64,000 nt of DNA from Eledone cirrhosa (Eukaryota): assembly GCA_964016885.1 (NCBI GenBank), contig OZ024741.1, positions 307,272,001-307,336,000 on the forward strand, in the 5' to 3' direction. Position 1 is the stretch's first letter; the number at the start of each line of letters is the position of its first letter. A program made the translations under genes and the position numbers. The notes beneath the pieces are model-generated. The model did not search any database. It worked only from the letters and a program-made list of their open reading frames with translations, and was not told the DNA's origin. Below are positions 18,563 to 34,051 of this stretch, one piece after another.

Positions 18563-19690
18563 AAATACTGCTCCTTAATCGTTAGAACTAACTCTGTTGA
18601 AGGGAATTGACTGCTATTTCTAGTTGTCGAATACCTATTCACGCCACTGAAACGAAGCCGCTGTGATGTGTAATATCAACACGTGGTAACGGCCAGTTTA
18701 AGATTTTGACTCGAAGTGTAAACATGGATCGCTTGATATTATTCTTCCTTGTCGATAATTCAATAATATCCACTTTCCGTGACTTACCATCTGATTAATT
18801 GGTGAAATATATTTCTTTAATGAAATATATACAGGGAAGATTAATCATTAAAATGTATATATTTTTGAAGTTCTAGTTAACTTTATTTATTTGTTACCCA
18901 CTAGCCATGCGTGGTTACACGCTTGTAAAAATTATCTCCTGTGATTTTTCATGTTTATATTTATTTATATATATGTTGATCAATTCCTAGTTATTATAAA
19001 ATGCTCGTACCTACAAAGTCCTAGAGCTTATTTTCCAGTCGATATGGCGCATTCCGTTAAAGAATGACACCCACAATTTCGATTCTGATTGAATTCTTTT
19101 AATCTATCTTAATTTTGGATATAGATATATAAATACTGCTCCTTAATTGTAGAGCTAACTCTGTTGAACGGATTTGACTGCTATTTCTAGTTGTCGAATA
19201 CCTATTCCCGCCACTGAAACGAAGCCGCTGTGATGCGTAATATCAACACGTGGTAACGGCCCGTTTAAGATTTTGACTCGAAGTGTAAACATGGATCGCT
19301 TGATATTATTCTTCCTTGTCGATAATTCAATAATATCCACTTTCCGTGACTTACCATTTGATTAATTGGTGAAATATATTTCTTTAATGAAATATATACA
19401 GGGAAGATTAATCATTAAAAGGTATATATTTTTGAAGTTCCAGTTAACTTTATTTATTTGTTACCTACTAGCCATGCGTGGTTACACCCTTGTAAAAATT
19501 ATCTCCTGTGATTTTTCATGTTTATATTTATTTATATATATGTTGATCAATTCCTAGTTATTATAAAATGCTCGTACCTACAAAGTCCTAGAGCTTATTT
19601 TCCGGGTGATATGGCGCATTCCGTTAAGGAATGACACCCACAATTTCGATTCTGATTGAATTCTTTTAATCTATCTTAATTTTGGATATA
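18560..19690 (+). repeat. Non-coding ~570-bp tandem dimer; diverged third copy at 48246-48745
   Basis: ATAAATACTGCTCCTTAAT at ~18561 and ~19130; near-identical units. Confidence 0.92.
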
Positions 19691-19711
19691 GATATATATA
19701 TATATGTACAC

Positions 19712-19833
<122 letters not shown>

Positions 19834-19836
19834 GTA

Positions 19837-19907
<71 letters not shown>

Positions 19908-20229
19908 GTTGAGCTCTGCTGACGATTGAAATACAACCGTGACCATCTCCACTCAAAGTTTTCATGAAATAGTCATTAAGACTATACAGAGCATTTGATG
20001 TTTTTCCAAATTGAAGGATGAGTATTTTAAACTTTATTTTATAATGAGTTAAGGGTCTATTGATTTTTCACTGGATTTCACTAACTTCTGTGGATGAATT
20101 TGTATCCTGATTTTCTTTTGAGATGAGTTTGAATTATTTTTCCTACATCTTACGTTAACTAATTTTCCCATCTTGACGACATAGTCGCATATATATATTA
20201 TAGAATATTAAAACAATTTCTATACTTTC

Positions 20230-20310
<81 letters not shown>

Positions 20311-20429
20311 TATATATATATATATGTATATACATATATATATATGTACATATATATATATATGTACATATATATATATATGTATATACATATATATATA
20401 TATATATATGTACATATATATATATGTAC

Positions 20430-20526
<97 letters not shown>

Positions 20527-20527
20527 A

Positions 20528-20611
<84 letters not shown>

Positions 20612-20675
20612 GTACATATATATATATGTATATATATATATATATGTACATATATATATATATATATATATGTAG

Positions 20676-20713
<38 letters not shown>

Positions 20714-20739
20714 GTACATATATATATATATATATGTAC

Positions 20740-20784
<45 letters not shown>

Positions 20785-20844
20785 CATATATATATATATA
20801 TGTACATATATATATATATATATATGTACATATATATATATATA

Positions 20845-21408
20845 CTAGCAGAAGTACCCGGCGTTGCTCGGGTGTAAGTCGACCTTTGGTCTGTTGTTAA
20901 AATGTTTGAAAGTTACTTCCCGCGCATCACAGGTGCAAAAACCTTCGAACCTCAAGGAAAAAAACAGAGGTTAGTATACGCAGGTGTGTAATTGAGTATA
21001 AATAATGGATCAATTGTAGGTTCACAGTGTATCGTTGAAATTGTTCTTTGCAAGACTGACGGAAGTCAAATTAACTTGAAATTGAATTTTCAGTTGATTT
21101 TTAAAGCAGGGTGAAAAAGTCGATTTTTTCAAATTTTTTTTTTTTTTTACAATTTTGGCGCTCACATGTGCAGAAGAAGAAATAAAAGGGACTTTATCTG
21201 AATTGCGGCATAATGGACGAATCAATTGCGACATTTTTCACGAAAATCGGACGTTCCTGTAAAAAAATTATCCCATCTGCAAATATATATATATATATGT
21301 GTGTGTGTGTGTTTGTATATATATATGTATATATATATGTATATATATATATATGTATATATATATGTATTTGTGTATATATATATGTATATATATATGT
21401 ATATATAC

Positions 21409-21454
<46 letters not shown>

Positions 21455-21553
21455 GTGTGTGTATGTGTATATACATACATATATATATATATATAGAGAG
21501 AGATTCCTGATGATTTCTAAAGAATGAAACAGTTCTAGTCCTGTAGAATCTCA

Positions 21554-21630
<77 letters not shown>

Positions 21631-22111
21631 GTATGTATATACACATACACGCGCATATATATATATACATACGCACTCACATATATATATATATATACAC
21701 ACACACATATAATTATATATATATACACACACACATACATATATACATAACTATATATGTGTGTTTATCTATCTATGTATTTTATCAGCAGACAGGAGGT
21801 GTGGCTCTGCCAGTGAGGTGGAAGAGAGGGAATTAGAGTAAGTTAGAGTTGTCGTGATTTTTGCCTCTGGTGATCGAATTATCGATTTTTCGAAAACTTA
21901 ATGTAGCGCACGTTTATTCCCGGATCAAAATACACACTTGCGTCGAGTTTCATCGATTTTTGGCTTCTGGGGTCCCGATTATAGATTTTTCGAAATTTTA
22001 AAGTAGCCTGTGCCACTCTACGCGTTGAGTTTTATATATGTGTCAGGTTTCATGAAAATTGGATGAACGGTGTAGCATGCAAGTTCGACACACTAAACAA
22101 TGCCCATCTTC

Positions 22112-22125
<14 letters not shown>
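20845..22125 (-). mobile_element. Non-autonomous Helitron
   Basis: Minus-strand 3' end CCCGAGCAACGCCGGGTACTTCTGCTAG|T (same hairpin as 8569-8597); 5' end merges into TA (..TATATAAAGTGAAG); internal microsatellites. Confidence 0.8.
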
Positions 22126-22141
<16 letters not shown>

Positions 22142-22147
<6 letters not shown>

Positions 22148-23411
22148 GTAAATTTGTATTCCAATGTTACTAAGTAGTTGCATTGGATGGAGTCAACCGA
22201 CGTCAGAGATTGCTCAACGTATAATAAAGTGTGTTTTAAAATCCGGAGAAAATATGGAGAAGAAGTTTATGAAATGGAAATGCGGGTATACAGAATTTAT
22301 TAGGTAACAATTGTTTCTATAGTGTATGGGTTACCTATACCTCGCTATTTGAATAATATAAAAATATTATCATAAACCGAAGGTACACTGTAAGCAAACA
22401 CACCATGTCGTCAGACCTTTGTATTGGAATGATATGAAAATATTTTATACACTAGATAAAAGATAAAGAAGGAGGTAGGAAGAGAAGGGGAAGAGGGAAG
22501 TGAGTAAGGTGGAGGGAGTCTTAGGATTGAAGACTGTCAGACTAGTAGAGATTGTAAGGAGAGAATGTTTTGGCAGCAGTTAGCTTAATGAGGCGTGTTA
22601 GGGTTGGCGTGGAAAGTAAATTCTTCTAGTGGTGTTGTTCGGACAAAATTTAGTTAAAGGGGTCAAAGTGGTACAGTGTCACACACAAGTTATTGGGGCT
22701 ATTATAGTAGCAGGTTATTTCTAAAGGGGTCCAGAAAACAGTGTTTAGTACTATTATTATAGAAAGCCATATCTTGTGTATAAACATATAAAACAGATAT
22801 TTGCAAACGGTGGTGTAAAAAGGTAACATTATATGCATTTAAAAAAAGAAAAAGTCGTTTTCAAACGATGGTTACAGTATAGAGAACGTTCAATTTTGCT
22901 GTTCAAAAGTTTCTTTACCGACGTTAAAATGCAGTATATCTCCAAATTGCATAACTTGCAGAATCGATGATTTTGCTTATATGCAGGCGCAGCTGCAATA
23001 ATTTGCCAATCAAGGGAGAATGCTTGATTGTTCCTCCGGAGCTGCCAGGCTTTATCGGCGAGGGTTGTTACGGAGCGCATTTTCTCGTGCCTGATCGAAG
23101 ATCGATGTTGGTATAGGTGAGCCTTGAAAGAAGTTGCGGTACATCCGACGTAATACCATTTGTTGGTTCCGGAATTTAATGTACATCGGTAGACAATATT
23201 GCGTGCTAGGCACTGGTTATTCAGTGGGCACGTACCTGGTTTGGTGCAGTTACAATTATTTTTATGTTTTGGTCTGTTTGCTTACAGTGTACCTTCGGTT
23301 TATGATAATATTTTAATATTATTCAAATAGCGAGGTATAGGTAACCCATACACTATAGAAACAATTGTTACCTAATAAATTCTGTATACCCGCATTTCCA
23401 TTTCATAAACT

Positions 23412-23417
<6 letters not shown>
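22142..23417 (-). mobile_element. PLE GIY-YIG fragment with inverted 5' pseudo-LTR copy
   Basis: Minus ORF 22829-23080 (LDWQII...CKLCNLE...LLNSK...CNH); ~22257-22400 is repeated in inverted orientation at ~23275-23417. Confidence 0.82.
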
Positions 23418-23500
<83 letters not shown>

Positions 23501-23644
23501 TATATATATGTACATATATATACATATGTACATATATATATATATGTGTACATATATATATATATATGTACATATATATATATATATGTACATATATATA
23601 TATATATATATGTACATATATATATATTTACATATATATATATT

Positions 23645-23700
<56 letters not shown>

Positions 23701-23730
23701 TGTACATATATATATATGTACATATATATG

Positions 23731-23788
<58 letters not shown>

Positions 23789-23804
23789 AATATATATATA
23801 TATA

Positions 23805-23877
<73 letters not shown>

Positions 23878-23925
23878 TATATATATAGATATATATATGT
23901 ACATATATATATATATATATATATA

Positions 23926-23980
<55 letters not shown>

Positions 23981-24020
23981 ACATATATATATATATGTAC
24001 ATATATATATATATATATGT

Positions 24021-24063
<43 letters not shown>

Positions 24064-24075
24064 AATATATATATA

Positions 24076-24129
<54 letters not shown>

Positions 24130-24141
24130 AATATATATATA

Positions 24142-24245
<104 letters not shown>

Positions 24246-24265
24246 TATATATATGTACATATATA

Positions 24266-24510
24266 TGAGATGGAGGATCTGTGGTTTTTCTTACTGATGT
24301 GAGAAAAACCACAGACCCTCCATCTCAACTCTACTTTTGAAAAGCAGAAGAACTGCGAAACCGGTAAAGGAACCAAATAAATATATATATTTAAAAAAAA
24401 AATAAGACTCCAGTTGCATCTCCGATTTGATCTTTTTTTCTTTATACTTTCACTCGTGTAGGAAACCTCGGTTATTTTTCATTTTGTAAAAAAAACCTCA
24501 CTTTCTAATA
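24266..24510 (+). mobile_element. Solo pseudo-LTR of the 14.4-kb family with short 5' fold-back and hammerhead (24333-24370)
   Basis: Same TTGAAAAGCAGAAGAACTGCGAAACCGGTAAAGG motif; ~28-bp hairpin arms at 24266-24328. Confidence 0.82.
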
Positions 24511-24558
24511 TATATATATATATATTTCTATATATATCTATCTATATATCTATATATA

Positions 24559-24688
<130 letters not shown>

Positions 24689-24731
24689 AAGATAAACAAA
24701 GAGGCCTTCAATACATCAAAAGTCTTTATTA

Positions 24732-24772
24732 GCCAACAATGTTTCGTCCCATTAATAAGGACTCATCAGGGC
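24732..24772 (-). ncRNA. Type-I hammerhead ribozyme
   Basis: GCC-CTGATGA-GTCC...GGAC-GAAA-CATT-GTT-GGC, then AATAAA. Confidence 0.85.
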
Positions 24773-26251
24773 AAGTAAAGAGACTAGAAGCATTAACGGC
24801 CAGAACAAACCAAAACTCAGAAGAATAGGGAATATATATCCTTGAAAGCTTAGGAAAGATATCAAGGAAAAGCATGCTAAAGATAAAAGTGTGCAGTTAC
24901 AAATATAGACTATGGGGCAAGAAAGCGAGTAACATGTCAAACCTACGTTGAAAGTACAGTATAATACAAATACACGAAACACAACATGGTAATATAATGT
25001 GAGAATTACAATATGATATAGAATACAATATAAAGGATAATAAGGAATAAAAAGCTTAATATATGTATATATATATATATCCATATATATACACATTTAC
25101 ACAAACACTTATTAAGTATTTAAATATAAATATACCCGTTATAATATAAAAAAATCTTTATAATAGAATAATCCCCTGACGGTGTGCATAAACAATACAG
25201 AAAACAATAGAATAATATACTGACATCAAAAAATATACAAAACTACATCATACATATCATTTAAGGTCAACAAATTGTATATAAAGTTTTTCACAGGGTA
25301 AGAAAAAATATCATATAAAACTAAAGTGTGTTGGAAAAATACATATAAATACATAAAGTATTGACAATAAATACATAGAGGAATAGACAGTTTACATTCA
25401 TAAAATATTACAAAATATTACAAAACAGTACCTCAAATATCTGACATATATTAATATATATAATTCAATTACATAAAAATAATATGATATATCAATGTTA
25501 ATATTATAATAGCAGACAGACAGAGTCAATGGAAAATGCTTAAGACATATTTACGCGATTGATATAGGGAGACATATTATGATACAATAACATATGATAG
25601 GAAGATAGACAGCATGTGGTAGTAAAAAAAAAAAAAAATACAACGAAGAACAAAAACAAAAACAAGCACAGTTACGTAGGTATTATAAGTCGTTAGGTAA
25701 ATATAGATGATATTATTATTCTAAACCAAAGAATTGAATGGAAAACCTTATTAAATTAATTAATATTAAAATTACTTAAAAGACATTATTGGTCACTTCA
25801 AATGGAATAAAGTTTAAGTCATCAAAGTCGTATAAAAATAAGATATTTCAATAAAAACTATCAGGATACATTACGATTCGTTCAGACGAATTACGTTATC
25901 AAAGAAAAAACTCTAAATAAAACTATGGTAGACCAATGGGAACAGAATAAAGTGAAACTATGGAGGATAGGAAGGAGCATAAAAGTAAAATTTATATATA
26001 ATATAATAAAAAGGAGCATAAAAGTAAAATTTATATATAATAAATAAAAAGGGGCGAATATTAAGTGTGGAAAGGAGGAGGTTCATTAGTTTTAGATGTA
26101 GCAGACTCAAAATTAAACTATTCAATAAGATACAAACTTATAAGGCGATAATAGTGAGTAAAAATGTAATAATATTTAAGACGATAGATAGGGTAAGGTA
26201 GCTAATGAGACTATGAAAACTAAAATCGAAAAACCGTAGAAAACTAATAAT

Positions 26252-26438
26252 TGTTTCTACTATTAGCACAAGGCCAGAAATTACCCAGTACATTACTGGT
26301 ACTTTATTTTATCGACCCCGTAAGGATGAAAGGCAAAGTTAACCTCGGCGGGATTTGAACTCAGAATGGCAAGAGCTGTAACTCTATGCGTCAAAGCATG
26401 GCGTCCGACCCTCTACCGATACTGCCAATCCACCGCCC
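26252..26438 (-). mobile_element. tRNA-derived SINE with target-site duplication
   Basis: A box TGGCAGTATCGG, B box GAGTTCAAATCC, conserved body GCCTTTCATCC...GGGGTCGATAAAATAAAGTACCAG; flanked by direct repeat CCGTAGAAAACTAATAAT (26234-26251, 26437-26454). Confidence 0.88.
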
Positions 26439-27035
26439 GTAGAAAACTAATAATAATGGTAATAGTAATGAACTAAAACCTAAGAGATAAGGAAATATAG
26501 CAGCTAATGTATACGGTTTAAACTACCAGAACTTTTAGGTCTATAGTAAAAGAAAGAATTAGAAATGGCATGCGGACAGGAAGAAAATATTTCAGATTTT
26601 CTATTAAGCAATATGTTCCTAGAGAAAATTATAGAGTGGGTCTCTAGGATACAAAGATTACAGAATTTAGTGTGTGTTGATAGGTGATTAGAGTGTGCTA
26701 CTATTCGCCAATTTAGGCTATATGGTATACCAGCCACTTTTAAATCCCAGATATGGTGTGCCAAGGAAGTAGAGTTCTTAAACTTGATATGCTTAAAATT
26801 AGAAATATGTGAATGAAACCTAGTTTTAAAAGTATTAGATGTGGAGCCTATATATGTGCTACAAGAAGAATTAGTCTTAACTTCACATGCATAAACAATG
26901 TTCCTAGAGAGGCAGTGACCATTTAAAGTGCAGTTATTACTTAATCTACAGTTACACTTCAGGGTACTAGTGACTAGCTGATTACGCGATGCATTATTCC
27001 TAGGGTTATTATAAGATAAGATCTGCTCTTTACTT

Positions 27036-27076
27036 GCCCTGATGAGTCCTTATTAATGGGACGAAACATTGTTGGC
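27036..27076 (+). ncRNA. Type-I hammerhead ribozyme (inverted copy of 24732-24772)
   Basis: GCCCTGATGAGTCCTTATTAATGGGACGAAACATTGTTGGC. Confidence 0.85.
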
Positions 27077-27224
27077 TAATAAAGACTTTTGATGTATTGA
27101 AGGCCTCTTTGTTTATTTTTTATAATTTTTCGGCTCTGTTATATTACATTGGGCTATATCTTATACTGTCATTTCTATAATACGACGAGTGTGTTTAACT
27201 CCAACGCACTCTAGTATTTTAATT

Positions 27225-27295
<71 letters not shown>

Positions 27296-27853
27296 TGTCT
27301 CATGGTCGGGTCGTTGGCGACTAAACTGGCAACCCCACCAAGGTTTCTTGGTGAGGAGGGTGACATTGGACATCCTGCAGGACTAAAAACAAAACCTGTC
27401 AAAGTGCAAAGGAGCTCTTAAGAGTCAATGGCCATCCAAAATCACCGGGAGAGATGACCCCTTAGCCTTTGTCAACACAGAATTCTAGGAGAAGGAAAAC
27501 TCTGATATAACACCTGCAACCCTGATGGTATCCAATGATGTTGACTTGTTCTTCTTTTTGGTAAATATCATCTTGGTTAAGAGAGTGGTACTGGCTTTGT
27601 GCAGTGCCTTTGCTCACTATAAAAGCTTCACGGCACAGGCATTGCTTTATATCTGGAGATCTCTCTGCACTTGTCGTCACATGGTGCCATGGGCCCAGCG
27701 CTATGTGTCAATAATTGTCACAGGTGTAGTGTTTGTACCGGGGTTTTCAAATCGCTGGCTGGACTAAAAAGTCACACTCGTTCAGCGCATCGGTAGGGGT
27801 TCTCCTACATGGATATAAAGTAGTGGCCGTACTTGAAAACGAGTTGTCAGCCA

Positions 27854-27893
<40 letters not shown>

Positions 27894-27914
27894 TTATATA
27901 TATCTATCTATCTA

Positions 27915-28025
<111 letters not shown>

Positions 28026-28554
28026 GTCTATATATATATGTATATATCTATATATATCTATATATCTATATATATTTATATATATATATATATATATATA
28101 AATCTATATATATCTATATATATATCTATATATCTATATCTATATATATATCTATATCTCTATATATATCTATATATCTATATATATATCTATCTCGCTG
28201 GGATGGACCCGTGTTAAACTTGCTCGGTAAGTTTTGTTTAAATTTCCTTAGAAATTCATCATTGCGAACTTTTAATTTTATACCAATTTGTAGAGGGACT
28301 GACAGGTCAAATTTTGATCTGGTCAGTTCTCCAAAATATGGTGCCCCTCAGGGAAAAAACATCCAAAATATTTTTGCAAAACAGTACATTTTTTAAAAAA
28401 TGGCCGAAGCACCTACTTCTTTGCCAAAACAAGAAGATGGGAAGGGAAAGCCATGCCTACTTGACCAGCAGGTAGTAGCAGACATGGACAAAGAAAGGCC
28501 AACATCATCGCCTCAACATGTAGAAGTGGAACAAGCTTCAGTTGCTTGTAAGCA

Positions 28555-30350
28555 ATGAACACGCCTGACGTCACAAACGTCACATGTATCCACACACAGA
28601 AAGAAATGTATGTAGTAAACACTTCCTTTCGTAAAGAAATGGAAATTCATACAACAAAAAATGAAAATAACAGCCGACAACAGACACCAAAAAATACAGA
28701 AAATGAAAAAATTGAAAACACATCCAACAATACCAATCAAAAGGAAAAAAATGTCAACACAAACAGCAAAGAAAATACACACAACAGTGACAACAACAAC
28801 AACAAGAAAGACAACAACAGCAAAATTTCTTTTGCTGACACCGTAAAAAAAAACCCGGAAATATTTCAACTTTTGGATTTAACCAACGCGAAACAAAAGT
28901 TGGAAGAAGCTAAACAATATGTGACTTTTGGACCCAATGGGTCATTTAGCATAAATTCACCACAAGAACTAAGGAGAGAAAATGCCCTGAACCCGGTGGT
29001 TTTCAAGATAATCTCAAATGCATAAAAAAAAACCAGCTCAACTATCTCAGAGTGAGATTGAGCTAGTTTTAAGGAACCACATGGATAACATTTTATTCAT
29101 TCAGAAAGCCAAACTTTTCGGCAGCATCTCGGTGCTAATGAAAAACAACATAACAGCACAAAAATATTCCATCGCGCCCATTGTGTCCACCCATTTTACA
29201 TTTACCCCTACATACATGGGAAAAAGAACTCAAAAAATAAAAATTACATGCATAAGACCCAAAATAGATATTTGGTGGATACTTTATGGCCTAATTGACT
29301 TTGAACAAGACATTTTGATCTCAGTAGGAAAATCCTCCAGAGATATATTTAGTGGGACTAGCGTCGAAATTCTGGTGCAGATGAGCCCAGAACGTATAAT
29401 GAAAATCCCACAGAGAGTACCTCTGGATGGACAGACCTACATAAACATTTCGGTTGAGAGTAGGCGGCCCGCATGTTACCACTGCGCAAGCAGAGGTCAC
29501 CTAAGGGCTGCCTGTCCTCAATTAACAAAAAAAAAATCCACTTTTACCAACACCACAAATAAAAACCCAACCACCACCACCACCACCACGACAAAAAGAA
29601 AAAACAACAGAGAACACTATCCCACCCAACCCCTCCCCACCCAAAACAAATACAAAAACACACACAGACACTACAGAACCCCAAAACATACCCCTACCCA
29701 TCAACACGGATGAGGAACCCCCATCGACGGCACCCAGCGGCGATGAAGAGGAACCCTTCCAACCCGTGAAAAGAATAAAAAGAAAGAACCGCATGAACAA
29801 AAACGAAACAAACACACAAACACCAGCACAAACAGCACAAAAATCACAAACAAAAGTTCCCTCTCCCGAAAACAAAACACCCACAACAAAGAGAAAACAC
29901 ATGCAGGAACCACAGACAAAAACAAACACAACACAGGAAAAGTACACATACACTTACATAAACAAAGAAAATAGAACACTGATGGAGACCATCAGAAACA
30001 ACCCTTTGGTCAAAACCGAAGGGAAAACTTTGGATAGCTTCAACAAAAACAAAAAAAAAGAACCTAAAATTGATCAGGGTCCCTATAGGAATTTATAGAT
30101 CCTAAAAGAAACATTTGTAGAGGACGTGGGGAATTCCTGCGTGAAACCAATCAACCGCGTCCTCTACAAATACCTCCCCACAACAGGCACCCCCACCCAA
30201 GTCATCCCCATCCCACCAGACACCCCTTCCATCCAAACACCTCCGTTCCCACCCCGCCAGAAACCACCACCCCATCAAACACACCCTCCAACACCCCCAT
30301 TCAAATTGTGCAGCCTGGTCCCCAGGAGACGAAGAGCCCGATACTCAGGA
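28555..30350 (+). pseudogene. Tx1-like ORF1 (zinc knuckle), frameshifted
   Basis: SFADTVK motif; CYHCASRGHLRAAC; frameshifts in A-runs. Confidence 0.8.
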
Positions 30351-30387
30351 CGCAGAGAGGTAAGTGATTTTTCTCTTCACCACCAAC

Positions 30388-32938
30388 ATGGCTATGCTAA
30401 GAGTAGGCTGTCTAAATGCGCGTGGCCTGGGCTCAACTTGGAAGCAAGCAATGCTTCTAAATGACCTCAGGTCACAACGTATAGATGTGATGGTTATTTG
30501 CGAGGCCCGGATCAGCAACGTGCGACAGCTGGCCCCCACCTTTGATGACTTTGAGATGCACGCATCTCTCTGTCAGCCCGGAGGTGGGGGTGGGGTTGTC
30601 GTTCAGCTGCAAAAACATCTGGGTCTCGCAACACAGACGGTACATTTGGACCCGGAGGGTCGACTAGTGGTTCTGGACCTTGGCAGTGGTGAAGGCGGAG
30701 CGTTTAGATTGGTAGCCGCCTACGGCCCTTTCGGGTCAATGCGGCCGGACTTCTTCCATCGTCTGGAGACTTTTCTAGGGACGTCCCGCTCCTTGCTGTT
30801 AGTGGGGGACTGGAATGGTATCCTAGATGCACGCTGGGACTACGTAGGGGCCTGTCCCGATAGAGAGGTGTGTAATAGCCTCTAAGTGTTAATCGGTCGA
30901 TTTGACCTGGCCGATAGATATCGACTAGATTTTCCGACTGCGCCAACCTGGACTTGGGCAAATCGCAGCAGATCATCTAGGTCGTACCTAGATAGGTTCT
31001 TAGTTAGAAATAAGGATAAGGACTTTTTAAGTTGTCCAAAATGCGCATGGTTGGCTATTCAGACCACAAGTTAGTGAGCTGCATGGTCAACCTTGACAGA
31101 ACGCTTAGACAGGGACCCGGTTACTGGAAGCTCAACTTGTCCTTACCGGCAAGTAAGGCTTACAGGGACCGGATTAGCACTTTAGTTAAGGAGCGGTTGA
31201 CGGGCGCCATAGTCAACAGCAGGTGGTGGGGATCTCTCAAAAGAGAGATTAGAGTAGTCTCTATAGAATTTAGTAAGGAGTTAGCCTCAAATAGAAATAG
31301 GAAGGAAAGGGAGTTGGTAGATAGTGTAGAAGAGGCAATTAGAAGCGGCGACGTGGCCAGAGTGCTAGCGTCGAGAACGGCCTGGGCCAGTTCTTCGACG
31401 CGAAACACGAAGGCTGCATCGTCCGAAGCAAAATACGTGCTCTAAGTAACAAGGGGACCAAAGCTGTTAGCTGGGCCCGCGTGACAGAAGTCAAAAGAGG
31501 GAGTAGATCCACTATCCGGTCTTTGCGAGACCAGGATGGACGGGTGATCCTTGAACCTAAGCAGATATGCGAGGCCTTTCAAAAGCACTTTGCCGGATTG
31601 TTCGGAAGGGGTGGGGAGCCGGTTGGGGATGTGGACTTCAGTCCATACCTCGACGGCCTGCCGCGTCTCTCGGACAGGGAGGCGAAGTCCTGCGAGGAGC
31701 CGATTTCAGCCGCTGAGATAGAGGACGTGCTGAGCCAATGCGGCAAACGCAAATCCCCGGGTCTCGATGGTCTTCCATACGAACTGTATCTAGCTATGCC
31801 GGACTTGTTCCCCGATCTCCTCGAGGCGGTCTACTGCAACTGGCAACAGAACGGGAGAATTCCCTGTGTTGTGACCAAGAGCGTAGTCACAATAGTGAGG
31901 AAGGACGAGAACAAGGGGGACGATATAAATAATTTCAGGCCCATAACTCTGCTAAATACAGAGTTACAGATTTTGGCCAAGGTGCTAGCAAAGAGGTTGG
32001 CGCTTGTCGTGGGCAAGCTAGTGGGAGATGCGCAGAAATGCGCTATCCCGTCCAGGTCCATCCACGACAACCTCCATCTTATGCTATACATAATAGAGAG
32101 GGTTGGGAACGAACCCAGCTTTGGTGGAACGCTGATCAACTTGGATCAATCTAAGGCGTTCGATAGGGTCGACCATGGTTACCTGGATGCGGTGCTAGCG
32201 GCGGCAGGCTTCGGACCCGTCTTCAGGGGCTGGATCAATGGCATGCACAGCAGCCGCATCTGCTCTAGGGTCAAGGCGAATGGCTACCTCTCGGAGCCGT
32301 TCGAAGTCGCGCGGTCCATCCAACAAGGGTGCCCTCTCTCCTCCCTTCTGTATGTAATGACTCTAGAGCCACTGCTGCGGAAGTTCGGTAGGACATTCAG
32401 CCCGGGACCCATGGATAACTTCCAGAGGTCCCTGGCCTGGCAGTGCTACCGAGGGGCTCTGCCCGTTCGAGAAAGGCTCTACAGACACGGGCGCCCGGAT
32501 AGGGACCCCTCGAAAAACATTCTGTCCCAGATGCGTGTGCGACGAGGAAACCGTTGCACACGCTTTGGTACACTGCTCGGGCATTGCCGATCTGTGGGGC
32601 GATGTCGAACAACTGCTGTCAAGGGTGGGACCGATCCGGTTGACCACCGAGTCTATTGTAACAATCAAGCCGCCTCCCCTCTTCAAAAACGAAGGAGAGG
32701 CGGTGTTTCTGTGCGTAATAGCCATGGCGAAAGAGGTTTATGGTGGACGCGCCTGAAAGGACTGAGGTCAGACACCTTTCTCTCTGGCCAACAACTGGTC
32801 CATTTCTTCCAATATCATTTCGGAAGAAGGATCAGGATGGAGAGAGAGGTGCTGCACGCCAGCCGTTTTTATGAAAGATGGGTGAAAGTGGCGAGAATGG
32901 CCCGTGTGAATGGGCCTTCACTCTACATCAGACTATAG
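30388..32938 (+). pseudogene. Tx1-like ORF2 (APE, partial RT, C-terminal Cys motif)
   Basis: CLNARGL, GDWN, YLDRFLV, SDH; SPGLDGLP, NFRPITLLN, LDQSKAFDRV, QQGCPLS; no YADD; CPRC...ETVAHALVHC. Confidence 0.9.
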
Positions 32939-33219
32939 GTGAGGAAGATGAAAGACCAAGGGAGCACCCCGTCTCTGTGCTCCTGAGGAGAAGGGTTGCA
33001 CACTTTTTTTCGGGGGGGGGGGGGGTGCGACCCCCAAGACGCCACCTCCCTATTGAAGATTTTGTTATAAAATTTATTTTGTTATATTTTATTTTATTTT
33101 TATACTTTTATATCTTGTTATTGCCTCCTCCATATTGATGACGCCTTTGCATGTAAACTCCCCCCTTTGTACTTGTCCCACTTTTGATGCCCTGGTGGCA
33201 AATTAAAAGAAAGTTATCA

Positions 33220-34042
<823 letters not shown>

Positions 34043-34051
<9 letters not shown>

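Larger units (their letters stand above)
28196..33218 (+). mobile_element. Tx1/L1-clade LINE, 5'-long but internally deleted
   Basis: 5' UTR, ORF1 with CCHC knuckle, ORF2 with APE and partial RT, and a 3' UTR matching 39665-39935; flanked by TATC-type tracts. Confidence 0.9.

Noticed and set aside
19918-19935. CTGACGA here, and CTGATGA at 47342 and 59401, as hammerhead cores
   Set aside because: No compatible stem II, GAAA and stem I arrangement found.
26345-26438. Possible tRNA gene
   Set aside because: Only A and B boxes, followed by a SINE body and a TSD; it is a SINE head.
30355-30366. Consensus splice donor AG|GTAAGT before Tx1 ORF2
   Set aside because: A single short motif with no identifiable acceptor or transcript evidence.
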